Numbered from the stretch's first letter, positions 19,107 to 32,044 are shown. The stretch is DNA of 64,000 nucleotides from Bacilli bacterium (GCA_016283075.1 JAEEMF010000040.1:470-64469), one strand, 5' to 3'. Numbers and translations are program-made. Notes: generated from the letters alone by a model not told the origin.

Positions 19107-20003
19107 ATGGGATTATTTAATTTTAAGAAAAAAAAGATTGAAGAACCTATTAAAGTAGAAGTAACTAGTAAAGAATCTACTAATGAAGATAAGTTTTCTT
19201 TCTTATGCATTAATCTTGATAATGATGAATACTCTTTTATAGTTAAATTAAATACAGAAGGCAAAATAACTGTTACTAAAGATTTAAATAAAGAAGAAAT
19301 AGATGATTTATCTAAAGTAAGTGAAATAAAAGAATTAGTTAATAAGAACTTATCTAAACTAAAAGATTTAGTTACAAGAGTAAGTCCTAGTGCTAAAAAA
19401 GATAATATGATACAAGTAGAAATATCTAAAAATAAATATGTACTTTTTAAAAATGATGATAATAGTGATTTAGATTTATTTTATGATATGATTATTCATG
19501 ATTTAACAAAGATACTTGATATAAATAAGAGTTATTCTAATATAAAAAATAATATATCTTTTGAATATCCTAATAAATATGAAAAAATACCTACTGATGA
19601 TTTAAGTAGGTATTGTTTACTAGGCAACTCTGATCCGCTACTTATGCTAAATGATTCAAATGGTAATATATTAACATTTGAAATACTTGATAATAAAGAA
19701 GGATTTGTAGATAAATTAATAAAAGAAATATCAGAGTATCCAGAATATAAAAAATTAACTACTATGGATTTATCCAGTACTAATTTTGAAATAAGTAGTG
19801 TTATAGTAAACCATGTTAAAACTTCTAAAGTAGAAGCTATAAACTTTATTACTTATGATAATAAATGTATTATTTTTACATTTATGGTTGGTGGTGTTAA
19901 TGAAGTAGATATAGATAATCTACTTAAAGATAAGAAAATTATGGAAATGATGGCAATATTAAGTAGTTTTAAAATATTAGATGAAGATGCCATAAATGCT
20001 TGA
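19107..20003 (+). CDS. hypothetical protein (298 aa)
   Basis: Long ORF with a GGAGGAAAC RBS and normal codon usage. No recognisable motif. Confidence 0.5.
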   Translation: MGLFNFKKKKIEEPIKVEVTSKESTNEDKFSFLCINLDNDEYSFIVKLNTEGKITVTKDLNKEEIDDLSKVSEIKELVNKNLSKLKDLVTRVSPSAKKDNMIQVEISKNKYVLFKNDDNSDLDLFYDMIIHDLTKILDINKSYSNIKNNISFEYPNKYEKIPTDDLSRYCLLGNSDPLLMLNDSNGNILTFEILDNKEGFVDKLIKEISEYPEYKKLTTMDLSSTNFEISSVIVNHVKTSKVEAINFITYDNKCIIFTFMVGGVNEVDIDNLLKDKKIMEMMAILSSFKILDEDAINA

Positions 20004-20051
20004 TAAATAAAGCAAAATCTAGTACAATTAGTTTTAGAGAGGAATGATATT

Positions 20052-20273
20052 ATGCCAGGCTGGCTATCAGATGTATTATATATATTATTTGGACTTGTAG
20101 TTGGAGCTTTAGCTGGTTTCTTTGGAGCAAGAGCATATATGAAAAAATATATGAAAAAGAATCCTCCAATTAATGAACAAATGATTAAAGCAATGATGAC
20201 TCAAATGGGAAGAACTCCTAGTCAAAAACAAGTAAATCAAATGATGAAAGCAATGAATAAGTATATGGATTAA
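20052..20273 (+). CDS. yneF: UPF0154 / YneF-family small membrane protein
   Basis: N-terminal TM helix, then the [32 protein letters not shown] signature of the YneF family. Conserved position downstream of tkt. Confidence 0.8.
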   Translation: MPGWLSDVLYILFGLVVGALAGFFGARAYMKKYMKKNPPINEQMIKAMMTQMGRTPSQKQVNQMMKAMNKYMD

Positions 20274-20297
20274 TTCATTGCTTTTTTTGTTGATTAA

Positions 20298-22197
<1,900 letters not shown>

Positions 22198-22381
22198 ATA
22201 TTTTCCCTCCGTAAGTAGTATTTTATTTTACTAATAATTATTTGTCAAATTATTGCTATTATTTATTTAAAAGATTATACTTAATATATAATATAGCACT
22301 ATAAAAATATATTTTGCGTTATTAAATATATTGTGCTATAATTATCTAGGCTTTTTTAATTAATAAAAAGAAAGGAGAAAT

Positions 22382-24028
22382 ATGAGTAAAATAAAAATAT
22401 TTGCTATGGGCGGATTAAATGACCTTGGTAAGAATATGTATGTCGTAGAAGTAGATAAAGACATATTTGTATTTGATGCCGGACTTAAATACGCAGATGA
22501 TAAGATGTTAGGTGTTGATTATATTATTCCTAACTTTGATTATTTAAAAGATAATGTTAATCGTATTAAAGGTATATTTATCACTCATGGACATGAATTA
22601 CAAATGGGAGCAGTTGCTGATATATTATCGGAAATTCCAAATTTAAAAATTTACGGTACTGCTTTCACACTTGATATATTAAAAGAAGAATTAAAACTTG
22701 AGGGAATAAGTACGGATAACTTAATAGAATTAAAACCTCATGTAAAAGTAAATTTTGGAGAAAATAGTATTTTCCCAATTAGTTTAACACACTCGGTACC
22801 AGATGCAGTTGGATATGTATTATATACAAATGATGGAGCAATTTTCTATACTGGAAACTTTGCTTTTGATCCAACTATGATGGGTCCTTATAAAACAGAT
22901 ATCGGAAAACTTGCTTATGTAGGAAAACAAGGAGTACTATGTTTACTTAGTGAATCTGTATATGCTGAAAAGAAAGGATATACTTCACCACAACATAGAT
23001 GTACTGAAGCATTCCGTGAAATAATAAGTAAAACTGATAAAAGAATATTATTTAATATCTTTGAATCACAACTATATCGTATTCAAGAATTATTTGATGT
23101 TCTAGAAAATACTGATAGAAGAGTTGTAATAATGGGTAAAACTTTAGAAACTCTTATTCAGTCTTGTTTGGAAAAAGGATACTTAAAATTTGATAAAAAT
23201 AAAATTGGTACTATAAGAGATGTTAATGTAGATAACGTAATAGTTATTATTTCAGATGAAAGAGAAAAACCATTTTCTAACATTAAAAGAATTATTAGAG
23301 GTACAGATAAGTTTATTAAAATAAATAAGGAAGATACAGTAGTATTTGCTACTCAAGTATATGATGGTATGGAAAAAACTGCTGCAGATACTTATGATAG
23401 TTTAGCTAAACTTGGATGTAATATAAAAATACTTTCTACTAAAAACTATTTATCACTACATGCTTCACAAGAAGACTTAATGCTTATGATTGACTTAATG
23501 AGACCTAAGTATTATTACCCTGTTATAGGAGAATATCGTCATCAAGTTAATAATGCTGAAGTAGCTAAAAAAGTTGGAATGAAAGAAGAAAATATTTTAT
23601 TAAAACTTAATGGTGAAGTAGTAACTTTTGAAAATGGTAATTTAGTAGAAACAGATGAAAAAATAAAAATAGATGATATCTTAATAGATGGTAAAACAGT
23701 AGGAGATATAGGTGAAGCTGTTATTAAAGATAGAGAAGCTTTATCAGATAATGGTATTGTTGTTGTAACAGCAACACTTGATAAAGCAACTAAGAAAGTC
23801 TTAGCAGGACCTGAAATTCTTACAAGAGGTTTTATCTATGTTAAAGATAATATAGATATTATTAAAGAAGCTGAAAAGATTTCTTTAGAAGTTATAAGTG
23901 AATATACTAAAGAAAACTATGTAGATTATAGTAAAGTAAAAAATGGTATACGTGATAAAGTAGGTAAATATTTATATGACCAAACTGAATGTAAACCAAT
24001 GATTTTACTAGTTATTCAAGAGGTTTAA
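22382..24028 (+). CDS. rnj: RNase J family protein with a degenerate metallo-beta-lactamase motif (J2-like)
   Basis: Collinear with RNase J over its whole length (FAMGGLNDLGKNMY..., LTHSVPDA, C-terminal PMILLVIQEV). However, HxHxDH reads HGHELQ, TGDF reads TGNF and PIHGE reads PVIGE. Confidence 0.8.
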   Translation: MSKIKIFAMGGLNDLGKNMYVVEVDKDIFVFDAGLKYADDKMLGVDYIIPNFDYLKDNVNRIKGIFITHGHELQMGAVADILSEIPNLKIYGTAFTLDILKEELKLEGISTDNLIELKPHVKVNFGENSIFPISLTHSVPDAVGYVLYTNDGAIFYTGNFAFDPTMMGPYKTDIGKLAYVGKQGVLCLLSESVYAEKKGYTSPQHRCTEAFREIISKTDKRILFNIFESQLYRIQELFDVLENTDRRVVIMGKTLETLIQSCLEKGYLKFDKNKIGTIRDVNVDNVIVIISDEREKPFSNIKRIIRGTDKFIKINKEDTVVFATQVYDGMEKTAADTYDSLAKLGCNIKILSTKNYLSLHASQEDLMLMIDLMRPKYYYPVIGEYRHQVNNAEVAKKVGMKEENILLKLNGEVVTFENGNLVETDEKIKIDDILIDGKTVGDIGEAVIKDREALSDNGIVVVTATLDKATKKVLAGPEILTRGFIYVKDNIDIIKEAEKISLEVISEYTKENYVDYSKVKNGIRDKVGKYLYDQTECKPMILLVIQEV

Positions 24029-24073
24029 AAAACCTCTTTTTTGTGTTATACTCTAATTAATAGAGGTGATTAT

Positions 24074-24385
24074 ATGTTAGTAGATCAATTTGGTGGATCA
24101 TGGAGTGTTATAGGAATTGGAATTATTATAATAATACTATTTGTTGTGTTAGGATTCTTTAAAACAATATTTTCTATGGCATTTATTGGATTTTTAGTAA
24201 GTGCATACTCTTATTTTGTAAAAGACTGGTTAATAGGAGATTTAGTCCCTATATTAGCAGTAGTAGGATTTGTACTAAGTGTATCTGGATTTAGTAAATC
24301 TAGTGGTATTATTAGAAGAGTATTTGCAACTATTGGTATAATTCTATCAATATGTTCGTTTCTTACTGTAATAGGAGTTATCTAA
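24074..24385 (+). CDS. small polytopic membrane protein
   Basis: ATG at 24074 follows an AGAGGTGA RBS. Three or four hydrophobic helices and no motif. Confidence 0.5.
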   Translation: MLVDQFGGSWSVIGIGIIIIILFVVLGFFKTIFSMAFIGFLVSAYSYFVKDWLIGDLVPILAVVGFVLSVSGFSKSSGIIRRVFATIGIILSICSFLTVIGVI

Positions 24386-24450
24386 CTCCTTTTTTTATTG
24401 AATTATATTTATATATATGTTATTATCATTAAGTGAAAAAAGGTGATATT

Positions 24451-25860
24451 ATGAAAAATTTACCAAATATGAAGGATGCAAGAAAAAGAACTAGCGAAAC
24501 TAGTAAAGAAATTTTCTTATCTAATAATAAATCTAATAAATATAAAGGTAATAAATATTATATAAGAACTTATGGATGTCAGATGAATGTTCATGATAGT
24601 GAGGAAATAAGTGCTAGACTTGAAAATCTAGGATTTATTAAAGTTGAAACTATAGAAGAAGCTGATATAGTAATACTAAATACTTGCGCAATAAGAGAAA
24701 ACGCTCATGATAAACTATATGGATTCTTAGGTAGATGTAAACATGAAAAAGAAGCAAATAATCCAAATTTAATAATAGGTATTTGCGGATGTATGGCACA
24801 AGAAGAATCAGTCGTAAATGAGCTTATGAAACATCATCCTTATGTAGATATAGTTTTTGGAACACATAATATGTTTGAACTAGAAGATATGCTTCTAAAT
24901 AAGATGGATGAACAAGATATACGTGTTTATTCTAAAGAAGGAGAAGTATATGAAAATATAGAGTATAAAAGAGACTCTAATATTAAAGCATGGGTTAATA
25001 TTCAGTATGGATGTGATAAATTCTGTACTTACTGTATAGTTCCATATACAAGAGGTAAACAAAGAAGTAGACATTCTAAAGAAATACTTAAAGAAGTAGA
25101 ATGTTTAGTAAAAAATGGTTATAAAGAAGTAACACTTTTAGGACAAAATGTTAATGCTTATGGTAAAGATATAGATGATATAAGTTTTGCTAATCTTTTA
25201 GAAGAAGTAGCAAAAACAGGTATTCCTAGAGTTAGATTTGTTACTAGTCATCCATGGGATTTTTCAGATGATATGATTAGTACTATTGCTAAATATGATA
25301 ATATAATGCCTTATATACATTTACCACTTCAATCTGGATCTTCTAGAATACTTAAATTAATGGGTAGAAGATATACTAAAGAAGAATATATTACTTTATT
25401 TAATAAGATAAAAAATACTATTAAAAACGTTGCAATTACTACTGATATTATTGTAGGTTTCCCTGGTGAAACTGAAGAAGACTTTAATGAAACCTTAGAA
25501 GTAGTAAATACTTGTAAGTATGATGGAGCATTCACATTTATATATTCTCCGAGAGAAAACACTCCTGCTGCAAAAATGGAAGATGATACTCCTTTAAAAG
25601 TTAAAGAAGATAGACTTCATAAATTAAATGAACTTGTTAATAAATATTCTAAAGAAGCTAATTTAAAATATGATAATAAAGTAGTACCAGTACTTCTTGA
25701 GGGAGTAAGTGAAAAAGATGAAAATATGTTAATGGGTTATACTGATACAATGAAACTTGTTAACGTAAAAGCAGATAAAAAATATATTGGTGAAATAGTA
25801 AATGTTAAAATTACTTCAGTAAAAAGCTGGAGTATGGACGGGGAAATGGTTAATGAATAA
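24451..25860 (+). CDS. miaB: tRNA-2-methylthio-N6-dimethylallyladenosine synthase
   Basis: UPF0004 N-domain Cys residues (GCQMN..NTCAIRE..GCMAQ), radical SAM motif CDKFCTYC, and a C-terminal TRAM domain. Confidence 0.9.
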   Translation: MKNLPNMKDARKRTSETSKEIFLSNNKSNKYKGNKYYIRTYGCQMNVHDSEEISARLENLGFIKVETIEEADIVILNTCAIRENAHDKLYGFLGRCKHEKEANNPNLIIGICGCMAQEESVVNELMKHHPYVDIVFGTHNMFELEDMLLNKMDEQDIRVYSKEGEVYENIEYKRDSNIKAWVNIQYGCDKFCTYCIVPYTRGKQRSRHSKEILKEVECLVKNGYKEVTLLGQNVNAYGKDIDDISFANLLEEVAKTGIPRVRFVTSHPWDFSDDMISTIAKYDNIMPYIHLPLQSGSSRILKLMGRRYTKEEYITLFNKIKNTIKNVAITTDIIVGFPGETEEDFNETLEVVNTCKYDGAFTFIYSPRENTPAAKMEDDTPLKVKEDRLHKLNELVNKYSKEANLKYDNKVVPVLLEGVSEKDENMLMGYTDTMKLVNVKADKKYIGEIVNVKITSVKSWSMDGEMVNE

Positions 25861-26464
25861 AATATCTGATAAAGAAAAAGTAGAAACATTTAGAAACTAT
25901 GCACTTAATATGCCAGGTGAAAGTTTATCATTTGGTGATAAAGGTGAAATTGAGTTTATTTATTCTGAACCACAAGAATATAAATTATTTAATCCTGGTT
26001 TGAATATTTTAGTCTCAAGAAATTTTACTGATATATCAAGTTATTCTATTACTAAAGATGACGAAACTATTTCAGTACAAGGTTCAGAAGAATTAATGGA
26101 TTCTCTTCTATTTGATTTACTTTTAGAAATGTATAATAAATTAGATGAATACAATTTAAAAGATTCGTGCATTAAAACTGAGTTTGGTTTAATGGAAAGA
26201 AAAGATTTTGGTTCATTTAAAAAAGATTTATCACAAATTGATTTTTTCATTGAAAGTAATAGTGAAAAGTTATTAAACTTATCTATAAAAATATATGGTT
26301 CTCCTATTTATATAGCTAGAACTTTTACAAATATTTGCTTACTTTATAAGAGAGTTGCAATAGAAACAGGAAGAAATAAATTAGATGAACTTTTAGAAAG
26401 TGAATCATTTGATTCTAAAGTAAAATTAAAAGCAAGACCAAAAAATGATAAAAAGGAAGATTAA
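25853..26464 (+). CDS. hypothetical protein (203 aa)
   Basis: ORF overlapping the miaB stop by 8 nt. No motif recognised. Confidence 0.45.
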   Translation: MNKISDKEKVETFRNYALNMPGESLSFGDKGEIEFIYSEPQEYKLFNPGLNILVSRNFTDISSYSITKDDETISVQGSEELMDSLLFDLLLEMYNKLDEYNLKDSCIKTEFGLMERKDFGSFKKDLSQIDFFIESNSEKLLNLSIKIYGSPIYIARTFTNICLLYKRVAIETGRNKLDELLESESFDSKVKLKARPKNDKKED

Positions 26465-26548
26465 ATCTTCCTTTTTTGTTAAAAATGCTTTAAAAACCTT
26501 AATATTTAATATATAATATATCTAGGCATTAATCATGGAGGAACTATT

Positions 26549-26827
26549 ATGGATGTTGAGTTTAATTCTTTAAAAGAACTATATGAGAGAATAAAACCAG
26601 CTTTAAAAGCAAAACTTGCTGATTTTAAACGTATAGGTCTTACATATATTAAAGAAGAAGATATTTGGAACTATTTAAAGGAAAACAAATGGACTAAATC
26701 AACAGATTTAAATTTATATCAAATGGTTGATGATGTTTTAAATATTAATGAATATCTTGTAGATGATTATCTTAAAAGTAAATTAACATCAAGTAATAGA
26801 ACCGTCTATTTATCAGAGGAGGAATAA
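26549..26827 (+). CDS. ComN-like post-transcriptional regulator family protein
   Basis: 92 aa with KPALKAKLADFKRIGLTYIKEEDIWNYLKENKWTK..L..MVDDVL. Length, pattern and position immediately upstream of secDF match B. subtilis comN/yrzD. Confidence 0.55.
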   Translation: MDVEFNSLKELYERIKPALKAKLADFKRIGLTYIKEEDIWNYLKENKWTKSTDLNLYQMVDDVLNINEYLVDDYLKSKLTSSNRTVYLSEEE

Positions 26828-26828
26828 C

Positions 26829-29087
26829 ATGAATAAAAAAATAGATGTTGCCAAGAATAATGAAAAAGGGATTATAGGACTTATTAGAAGTTGTATTATT
26901 ATACTACTAATTGGTTTAGTAGTAGGATTATCAACTCCTAAACTACTTAAAGATTTAAAATTTGGTCTAGATCTTCAAGGTGGATTTGAAATTTTATATC
27001 AAGTACAAAGTCTAGATGGTAGTGAAGTAACAAAAGATATGGTTACTAATACATATAAGACTATTTCTAAAAGAATAGATGCTTTAGGTGTTAGTGAACC
27101 AGAAATTATTGTTGAAGGAAATGATAGAATTCGTGTTCAATTAGCTGGTGTAACTGATGCTAAATCAGCTCGTAAAACATTAAGTTCTGTTGCAAGTTTA
27201 TCATTTAGAGATTCATCAGATAATCTACTTATGAGTAGTGATGTATTAAGAGCTGGTGGAGCTAAAATAGGTCAAGATAATAATGGTAGACCTGCTGTTG
27301 CTTTAACAATTGCTGATAACGAAACATTCTATAGAGTTACAGAAAGTATTAGTAATTCTGAAGATAAATTAATCGTTATTTGGTTAGATTATGAACCTGG
27401 TAAAAAGTATAGTAATGAAGCAGGTAAATGTGGTGGCGATAACTTAAATGGATGTTTAAGTGCTGCTACTGTAGGACAAGCTTTCTCAGGTGATGTTATT
27501 ATCCAAGGTAACTTTACTCAAGAAGAAGTTGCTGAACTTGTTAGTTTAATTAACTCTGGTTCTCTTCCAACTAAATTAAACGAAATTTCATCAAAGACTG
27601 TATCTGCATCATTTGGTGAAAACTCACTTGAACTTACTGCTAAAGCAGGATTAGTTGGTGTAGGATTAATTATGCTTGTTATGATTGTTTTATACCGTTT
27701 CTCAGGACTAGTTGCTAGTATTGGTATTGGTATTTATGCATTCTTAACATTCTTAACATTCTGGTTATTTGGTGGAGTTCTTACTTTACCTGGTATCGCA
27801 GCTTTAGTTATTGGTATAGGTATGGCTGTTGACTCAACAATTATTACATTTGCAAGAGTTAGAGATGAACTAGATAATGGTTCTAAACTTACAAATGCTT
27901 GTAAAAATGGTAATAAAAATTCATTTATGGCAATCTTTGATTCAAACTTTACAACACTTTTAGTAGCAGTAATTCTATTTACATTTGGTGAAAGTACTGT
28001 TAAAGGATTTGCAACAATGCTTATTATAAGTACTATTGTTACAATGCTTGTTATGGTTCTTTTAACAAGAATACTTTTAGGATTATTTGTTAAAACTGGA
28101 TTATTTGATAATCATTTAAATTTATTTATTGGTTATAAGAAGAAAAAAGTTAAAAAACAAATTAATTTTGTTAAAGTTAGTAAAATTGCAATTATCTATT
28201 TAGTAGTACTTACTATAGTAGGTGTTACATCATTATTTACTAATAAATTAACACTTGGTATTGATTTTAAAGGTGGTTCATCTATAAGTGTTACAAGTAC
28301 TGAAGCTTTACAATTAAGTGATATTGAAAAAGATATTAAAGACTTAGGTTATAAAGTATATGACACTGAAAAGATTGATGAAAGTAATGTTATTATTAAA
28401 GTAGAAGAATCATTTAGTGAAGATGAAGTTCTTAAAGTTGAAAAACTTTTTGAAGAAGAATATAATGCTAAAACTGAAATTGGTGTAGTATCTAACTTAG
28501 TTAAAAAAGATTTAGTTAGAAATGCTATTTATTCAGTAATCTTTGCTGCAATTGGTATTATTTTATATGTATCAGTAAGATTTAGATTTAGTTATGCAGT
28601 ATCTGCAATTATAGCGCTTCTACATGATGTATTTGCAATTGTTATTCTATTTAGTATTTGTAAGATTGAAGTTACAAGTATCTTTATAGCAGCACTTCTA
28701 TCTATTATAGGATACTCTATTAATGATACTATTGTTTCATTCGATCGTATTAGAGAAAACTTACTAAAGAAAGAAAAAATTAAATCAGAAGATGATTTAA
28801 AAGAAGTAGTAAATACAAGTTTAAATCAAACTCTTGGCAGATCAATAGTTACTACTATTACTACTTTATGTCCAGTTGTATGTTTAATACTTCTTGGTTC
28901 TCATGATATTATTAACTTTAATATTGCCTTACTAGTTGGTTTAGTAATGGGTACTTTATCATCTATCTTTATAGCATGCCAAATTTGGTTCTTAATTGAT
29001 AAAAGAAATATCGGTAAACCAATTAAGAAAAAATGGTATGAAGAAGAAGATACTAAAAAAGTAAAAAAGGTTAAAAAAAGTAAATAA
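26829..29087 (+). CDS. secDF: protein translocase subunit SecDF (fused)
   Basis: 752 aa with two 6-TM halves separated by a periplasmic-type domain. The LKFGLDLQGG and LGIDFKGG starts are typical of SecD and SecF. Confidence 0.9.
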   Translation: MNKKIDVAKNNEKGIIGLIRSCIIILLIGLVVGLSTPKLLKDLKFGLDLQGGFEILYQVQSLDGSEVTKDMVTNTYKTISKRIDALGVSEPEIIVEGNDRIRVQLAGVTDAKSARKTLSSVASLSFRDSSDNLLMSSDVLRAGGAKIGQDNNGRPAVALTIADNETFYRVTESISNSEDKLIVIWLDYEPGKKYSNEAGKCGGDNLNGCLSAATVGQAFSGDVIIQGNFTQEEVAELVSLINSGSLPTKLNEISSKTVSASFGENSLELTAKAGLVGVGLIMLVMIVLYRFSGLVASIGIGIYAFLTFLTFWLFGGVLTLPGIAALVIGIGMAVDSTIITFARVRDELDNGSKLTNACKNGNKNSFMAIFDSNFTTLLVAVILFTFGESTVKGFATMLIISTIVTMLVMVLLTRILLGLFVKTGLFDNHLNLFIGYKKKKVKKQINFVKVSKIAIIYLVVLTIVGVTSLFTNKLTLGIDFKGGSSISVTSTEALQLSDIEKDIKDLGYKVYDTEKIDESNVIIKVEESFSEDEVLKVEKLFEEEYNAKTEIGVVSNLVKKDLVRNAIYSVIFAAIGIILYVSVRFRFSYAVSAIIALLHDVFAIVILFSICKIEVTSIFIAALLSIIGYSINDTIVSFDRIRENLLKKEKIKSEDDLKEVVNTSLNQTLGRSIVTTITTLCPVVCLILLGSHDIINFNIALLVGLVMGTLSSIFIACQIWFLIDKRNIGKPIKKKWYEEEDTKKVKKVKKSK

Positions 29088-29180
29088 AATATTGGACTTA
29101 TTCAGTAAAGAATAAGTCTTTTTTATTGATATAGTTTACTATTAGGTATATAATTAAAATATGTTTTAGAAGGTGATAAC

Positions 29181-31352
29181 ATGAGGAAAGATAAACCAAA
29201 TATTACTTTTGATGAGTTAAGAGAAAAACTTCTTACTTATATTACTGATGAAAAAGAACTTGACCTTATTAGAAGTGCATATATGTTTGCGTTTGAAAAA
29301 CATTTTGGTGTAAAAAGACTTACTGGAGAAGATTATATAATCCATCCTTTAAACGTTGCGTATATTTTAACTGAAATAAAAGCTGATGCTCCTAGTATTT
29401 GTGCTGCACTTATGCATGATGTAATAGAGGACTGTGATGTTACTAAAGAAGAAATAGCAGAGAAGTTTTCTAGTGAAATAGCTCTTCTTGTTGATGGGGT
29501 TACTAAGATTAATAGATTAAACTTTAGTGGTGATAATGAAGCTATGATAGCAAATCATCGTAAGATCTTAGTAGGACTTTCTGAAGATGTTCGTGTTATT
29601 ATCATTAAACTAGCTGATAGACTTCATAATATGAGAACTCTTTGGGTACTACCTGAAAAGAAACAAAAACTTAAAGCTAAAGAGACACTCGAAATACTTA
29701 CACCAATTGCTCACCGTTTAGGTATAGGTGGTATTAAAAGTGAACTAGAAGATTTATCACTTAGATACTATAAACCTGATATTTATTTTGAAATTGTTGA
29801 AAAATTAAATCAAAGTAAAGCAGAAAGAGAATCACTTGTTAGTTCTATGATGAGTGCTGTATCAGAAACACTTAATGAACATGGTATAGTACATGAAATT
29901 AAGGGTAGAGCTAAAAGTATCTATAGTATTTATAAAAAACTTGATAAAGGTAAGAAATTTAATGAAATATATGATTTACTTGCTATGAGAGTATTTGTTA
30001 ATACGGAAAATGAATGTTATCAAGCACTTGGTATAATTCATTCTAAATATAAACCTATTCCTCGTAGATTTAAGGATTATATAGCTATGCCTAAAACAAA
30101 TATGTATCAGTCTTTACATACGACTGTATTTGGTGAAGGTGGACAGCTTTATGAAATACAAATTAGAACTTATGAGATGGACCAAGTAGCAGAACTAGGT
30201 ATTGCTTCTCACTGGTCATATAAAGAAAAAGGTTCTAATGTTAAAGCTAATATGCAAAATGCTATGGAACAAAAACTTCAGTTTTTTAGAAATATTATGG
30301 ATTTAAAAGCTGAAGAAACTAATGATGAAGATTTCGTTAATGCTGCTGTAGAAGAAGTATTAAATGAAAATATTTATGTATTTACTCCTAAGGGAGATGT
30401 AATAGAACTTCCTGATGGATCTACTCCAATAGATTTTGCTTATAGAGTTCACTCTGGCGTAGGAGATAAGATGGTAGGAGCAATTGTTAATAATAATATT
30501 GTTCCACTAGATTATAAACTTCAAAATAACGATATTGTAAAAATTAATACTAATAAAAATAGTGCTGGTCCTTCAAGAGAATGGATTAATATGGCATTTA
30601 CTTCATCTGCTAAAAATAAGATAAGAGGATTCTTTAATAAAATAGATAAAGAAGATTATCAAAAGAAGGGTGAAGAAAAACTTAAAGAAGAACTTAGAAA
30701 GAAGAAAATTCCTTTTGATGAATTCTTAAGTAGTAATAATTTAGATAATATTTTAAAAGAATTTAAACTTGCTAGTATAGAAGAATTCTATATTAGTATA
30801 GGTAATGGTAAATATACTCCTGGAGCAATAATTAACTTTATAAATGGAGATAATGAATCTAAAGCTGATTTAATCTTAAAGAAAGCTACTAATAGTAGTG
30901 TTTCAAGTGTACAAAGTAAAAATGATATTATTGTAGAAGGAATAGATAAGATTAAAGTAAATATTGCTTCTTGTTGTAAACCAGTTAAAGGAGATAGAAT
31001 TGTCGGATATATTACAAAAGGTAATGGTATTACTGTTCATAGAATGGTATGTCCTAATATATCTGATTTAGATGAAAGACTAGTTGAAGTTAAATGGAAT
31101 GAAAGTTTAAATAAGAAATATCCAACTTCAATATTAGTAAGATCTGAAGATAATAAGAATGTACTTCTTGATATTATTAGTAAAACCGCTAATACAGATA
31201 TTACTGTTCAAAGTATTAACTCTTTAAATAGTAAGGGAGACTTCTTATTTGAAATAACTATCTTAGTAGATTCTAAAGAAAAACTTGTTAAATTTATGAA
31301 TGACCTACATATGATACCTAGTGTTATTGAAGTAGAAAGATTTATTAAATAA
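29181..31352 (+). CDS. rel: bifunctional (p)ppGpp synthetase/hydrolase Rel
   Basis: HD hydrolase domain (HPLNVA...MHDVIED), synthetase domain (GRAKSIYSIYKKL, YQSLHTTV), and TGS and ACT regions. Confidence 0.95.
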   Translation: MRKDKPNITFDELREKLLTYITDEKELDLIRSAYMFAFEKHFGVKRLTGEDYIIHPLNVAYILTEIKADAPSICAALMHDVIEDCDVTKEEIAEKFSSEIALLVDGVTKINRLNFSGDNEAMIANHRKILVGLSEDVRVIIIKLADRLHNMRTLWVLPEKKQKLKAKETLEILTPIAHRLGIGGIKSELEDLSLRYYKPDIYFEIVEKLNQSKAERESLVSSMMSAVSETLNEHGIVHEIKGRAKSIYSIYKKLDKGKKFNEIYDLLAMRVFVNTENECYQALGIIHSKYKPIPRRFKDYIAMPKTNMYQSLHTTVFGEGGQLYEIQIRTYEMDQVAELGIASHWSYKEKGSNVKANMQNAMEQKLQFFRNIMDLKAEETNDEDFVNAAVEEVLNENIYVFTPKGDVIELPDGSTPIDFAYRVHSGVGDKMVGAIVNNNIVPLDYKLQNNDIVKINTNKNSAGPSREWINMAFTSSAKNKIRGFFNKIDKEDYQKKGEEKLKEELRKKKIPFDEFLSSNNLDNILKEFKLASIEEFYISIGNGKYTPGAIINFINGDNESKADLILKKATNSSVSSVQSKNDIIVEGIDKIKVNIASCCKPVKGDRIVGYITKGNGITVHRMVCPNISDLDERLVEVKWNESLNKKYPTSILVRSEDNKNVLLDIISKTANTDITVQSINSLNSKGDFLFEITILVDSKEKLVKFMNDLHMIPSVIEVERFIK

Positions 31353-31798
31353 TGAGAGTAATACTTCAAAGAAGTAGAAAATCTAGTGTATCAGTAGATG
31401 ATAAGGTAGTAGGTAAAATAGATTCAGGTTTAGTAGTTTTAGTAGGTTTTACTTTTAATGATAATGAAGAAATAATTGATAAAATGATTAATAAAGTAAT
31501 AAACCTAAGAATCTTTAATGATGAAAATGGTGTTATGAATAAATCTCTTCTAGATGTAAATGGAGAAATACTTTCTATATCTCAGTTTACTTTATATGCG
31601 GATACTAGAAAAGGTAGAAGACCTAGTTATGTAAATGCACTAGGAGGAGAAGAAGCTACTAAATTATATGATATCTTTAATGATAAATTAAGAAGTTTAG
31701 GATTGCATGTTGAGACTGGAATATTTGGAGCGGATATGCAGGTATCCATCCATAATGATGGTCCAACTACAATTGCAATTGATAGTGAAAATTTATAA
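31352..31798 (+). CDS. dtd: D-aminoacyl-tRNA deacylase
   Basis: MRVILQR..., SQFTLYADTRKGRRPSY, NDGPTT. 148 aa. Confidence 0.95.
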   Translation: MRVILQRSRKSSVSVDDKVVGKIDSGLVVLVGFTFNDNEEIIDKMINKVINLRIFNDENGVMNKSLLDVNGEILSISQFTLYADTRKGRRPSYVNALGGEEATKLYDIFNDKLRSLGLHVETGIFGADMQVSIHNDGPTTIAIDSENL

Positions 31799-31800
31799 AA

Positions 31801-31829
31801 TTAGTCAAATATTATTGACTAATTTTTTT
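31801..31829 (+). terminator. dtd intrinsic terminator
   Basis: TTAGTCAA-atatta-TTGACTAA hairpin followed by T7. Confidence 0.8.
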
Positions 31830-31849
31830 ATATACTTTATACTACTATT

Positions 31850-32044
31850 TAATATTTAGTAGTTTAAAAAGTTATTTATTAGGCATAGAGATAATGTGGC
31901 TGGTGTAAACATAACTAATGGTAGCTGTATATGGATCTACATAAAAAAATAATCGTATTTCTGCGTTAAAGAATAGAGTTAGATAAAATCTATAAAGTAA
32001 GGTGGTACCGCGTTCTAGGACGCCCTTATGCTATAGATTTTTTG
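31850..32044 (+). promoter_or_regulatory. T-box leader (tRNA-sensing riboswitch)
   Basis: Promoter TTGACT(31815)-17-TATACT(31838). Stem I elements AGAGA and GGUGUAA (GNUGNRA). T-box core AAGGUGGUACCGCG at 31999-32012 forms the canonical antiterminator TAAGG[UGGUACC]GCG-loop-CGCCCUUA. The outer helix AUCUAUA/UAUAGAU is followed by U6. Confidence 0.8.
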
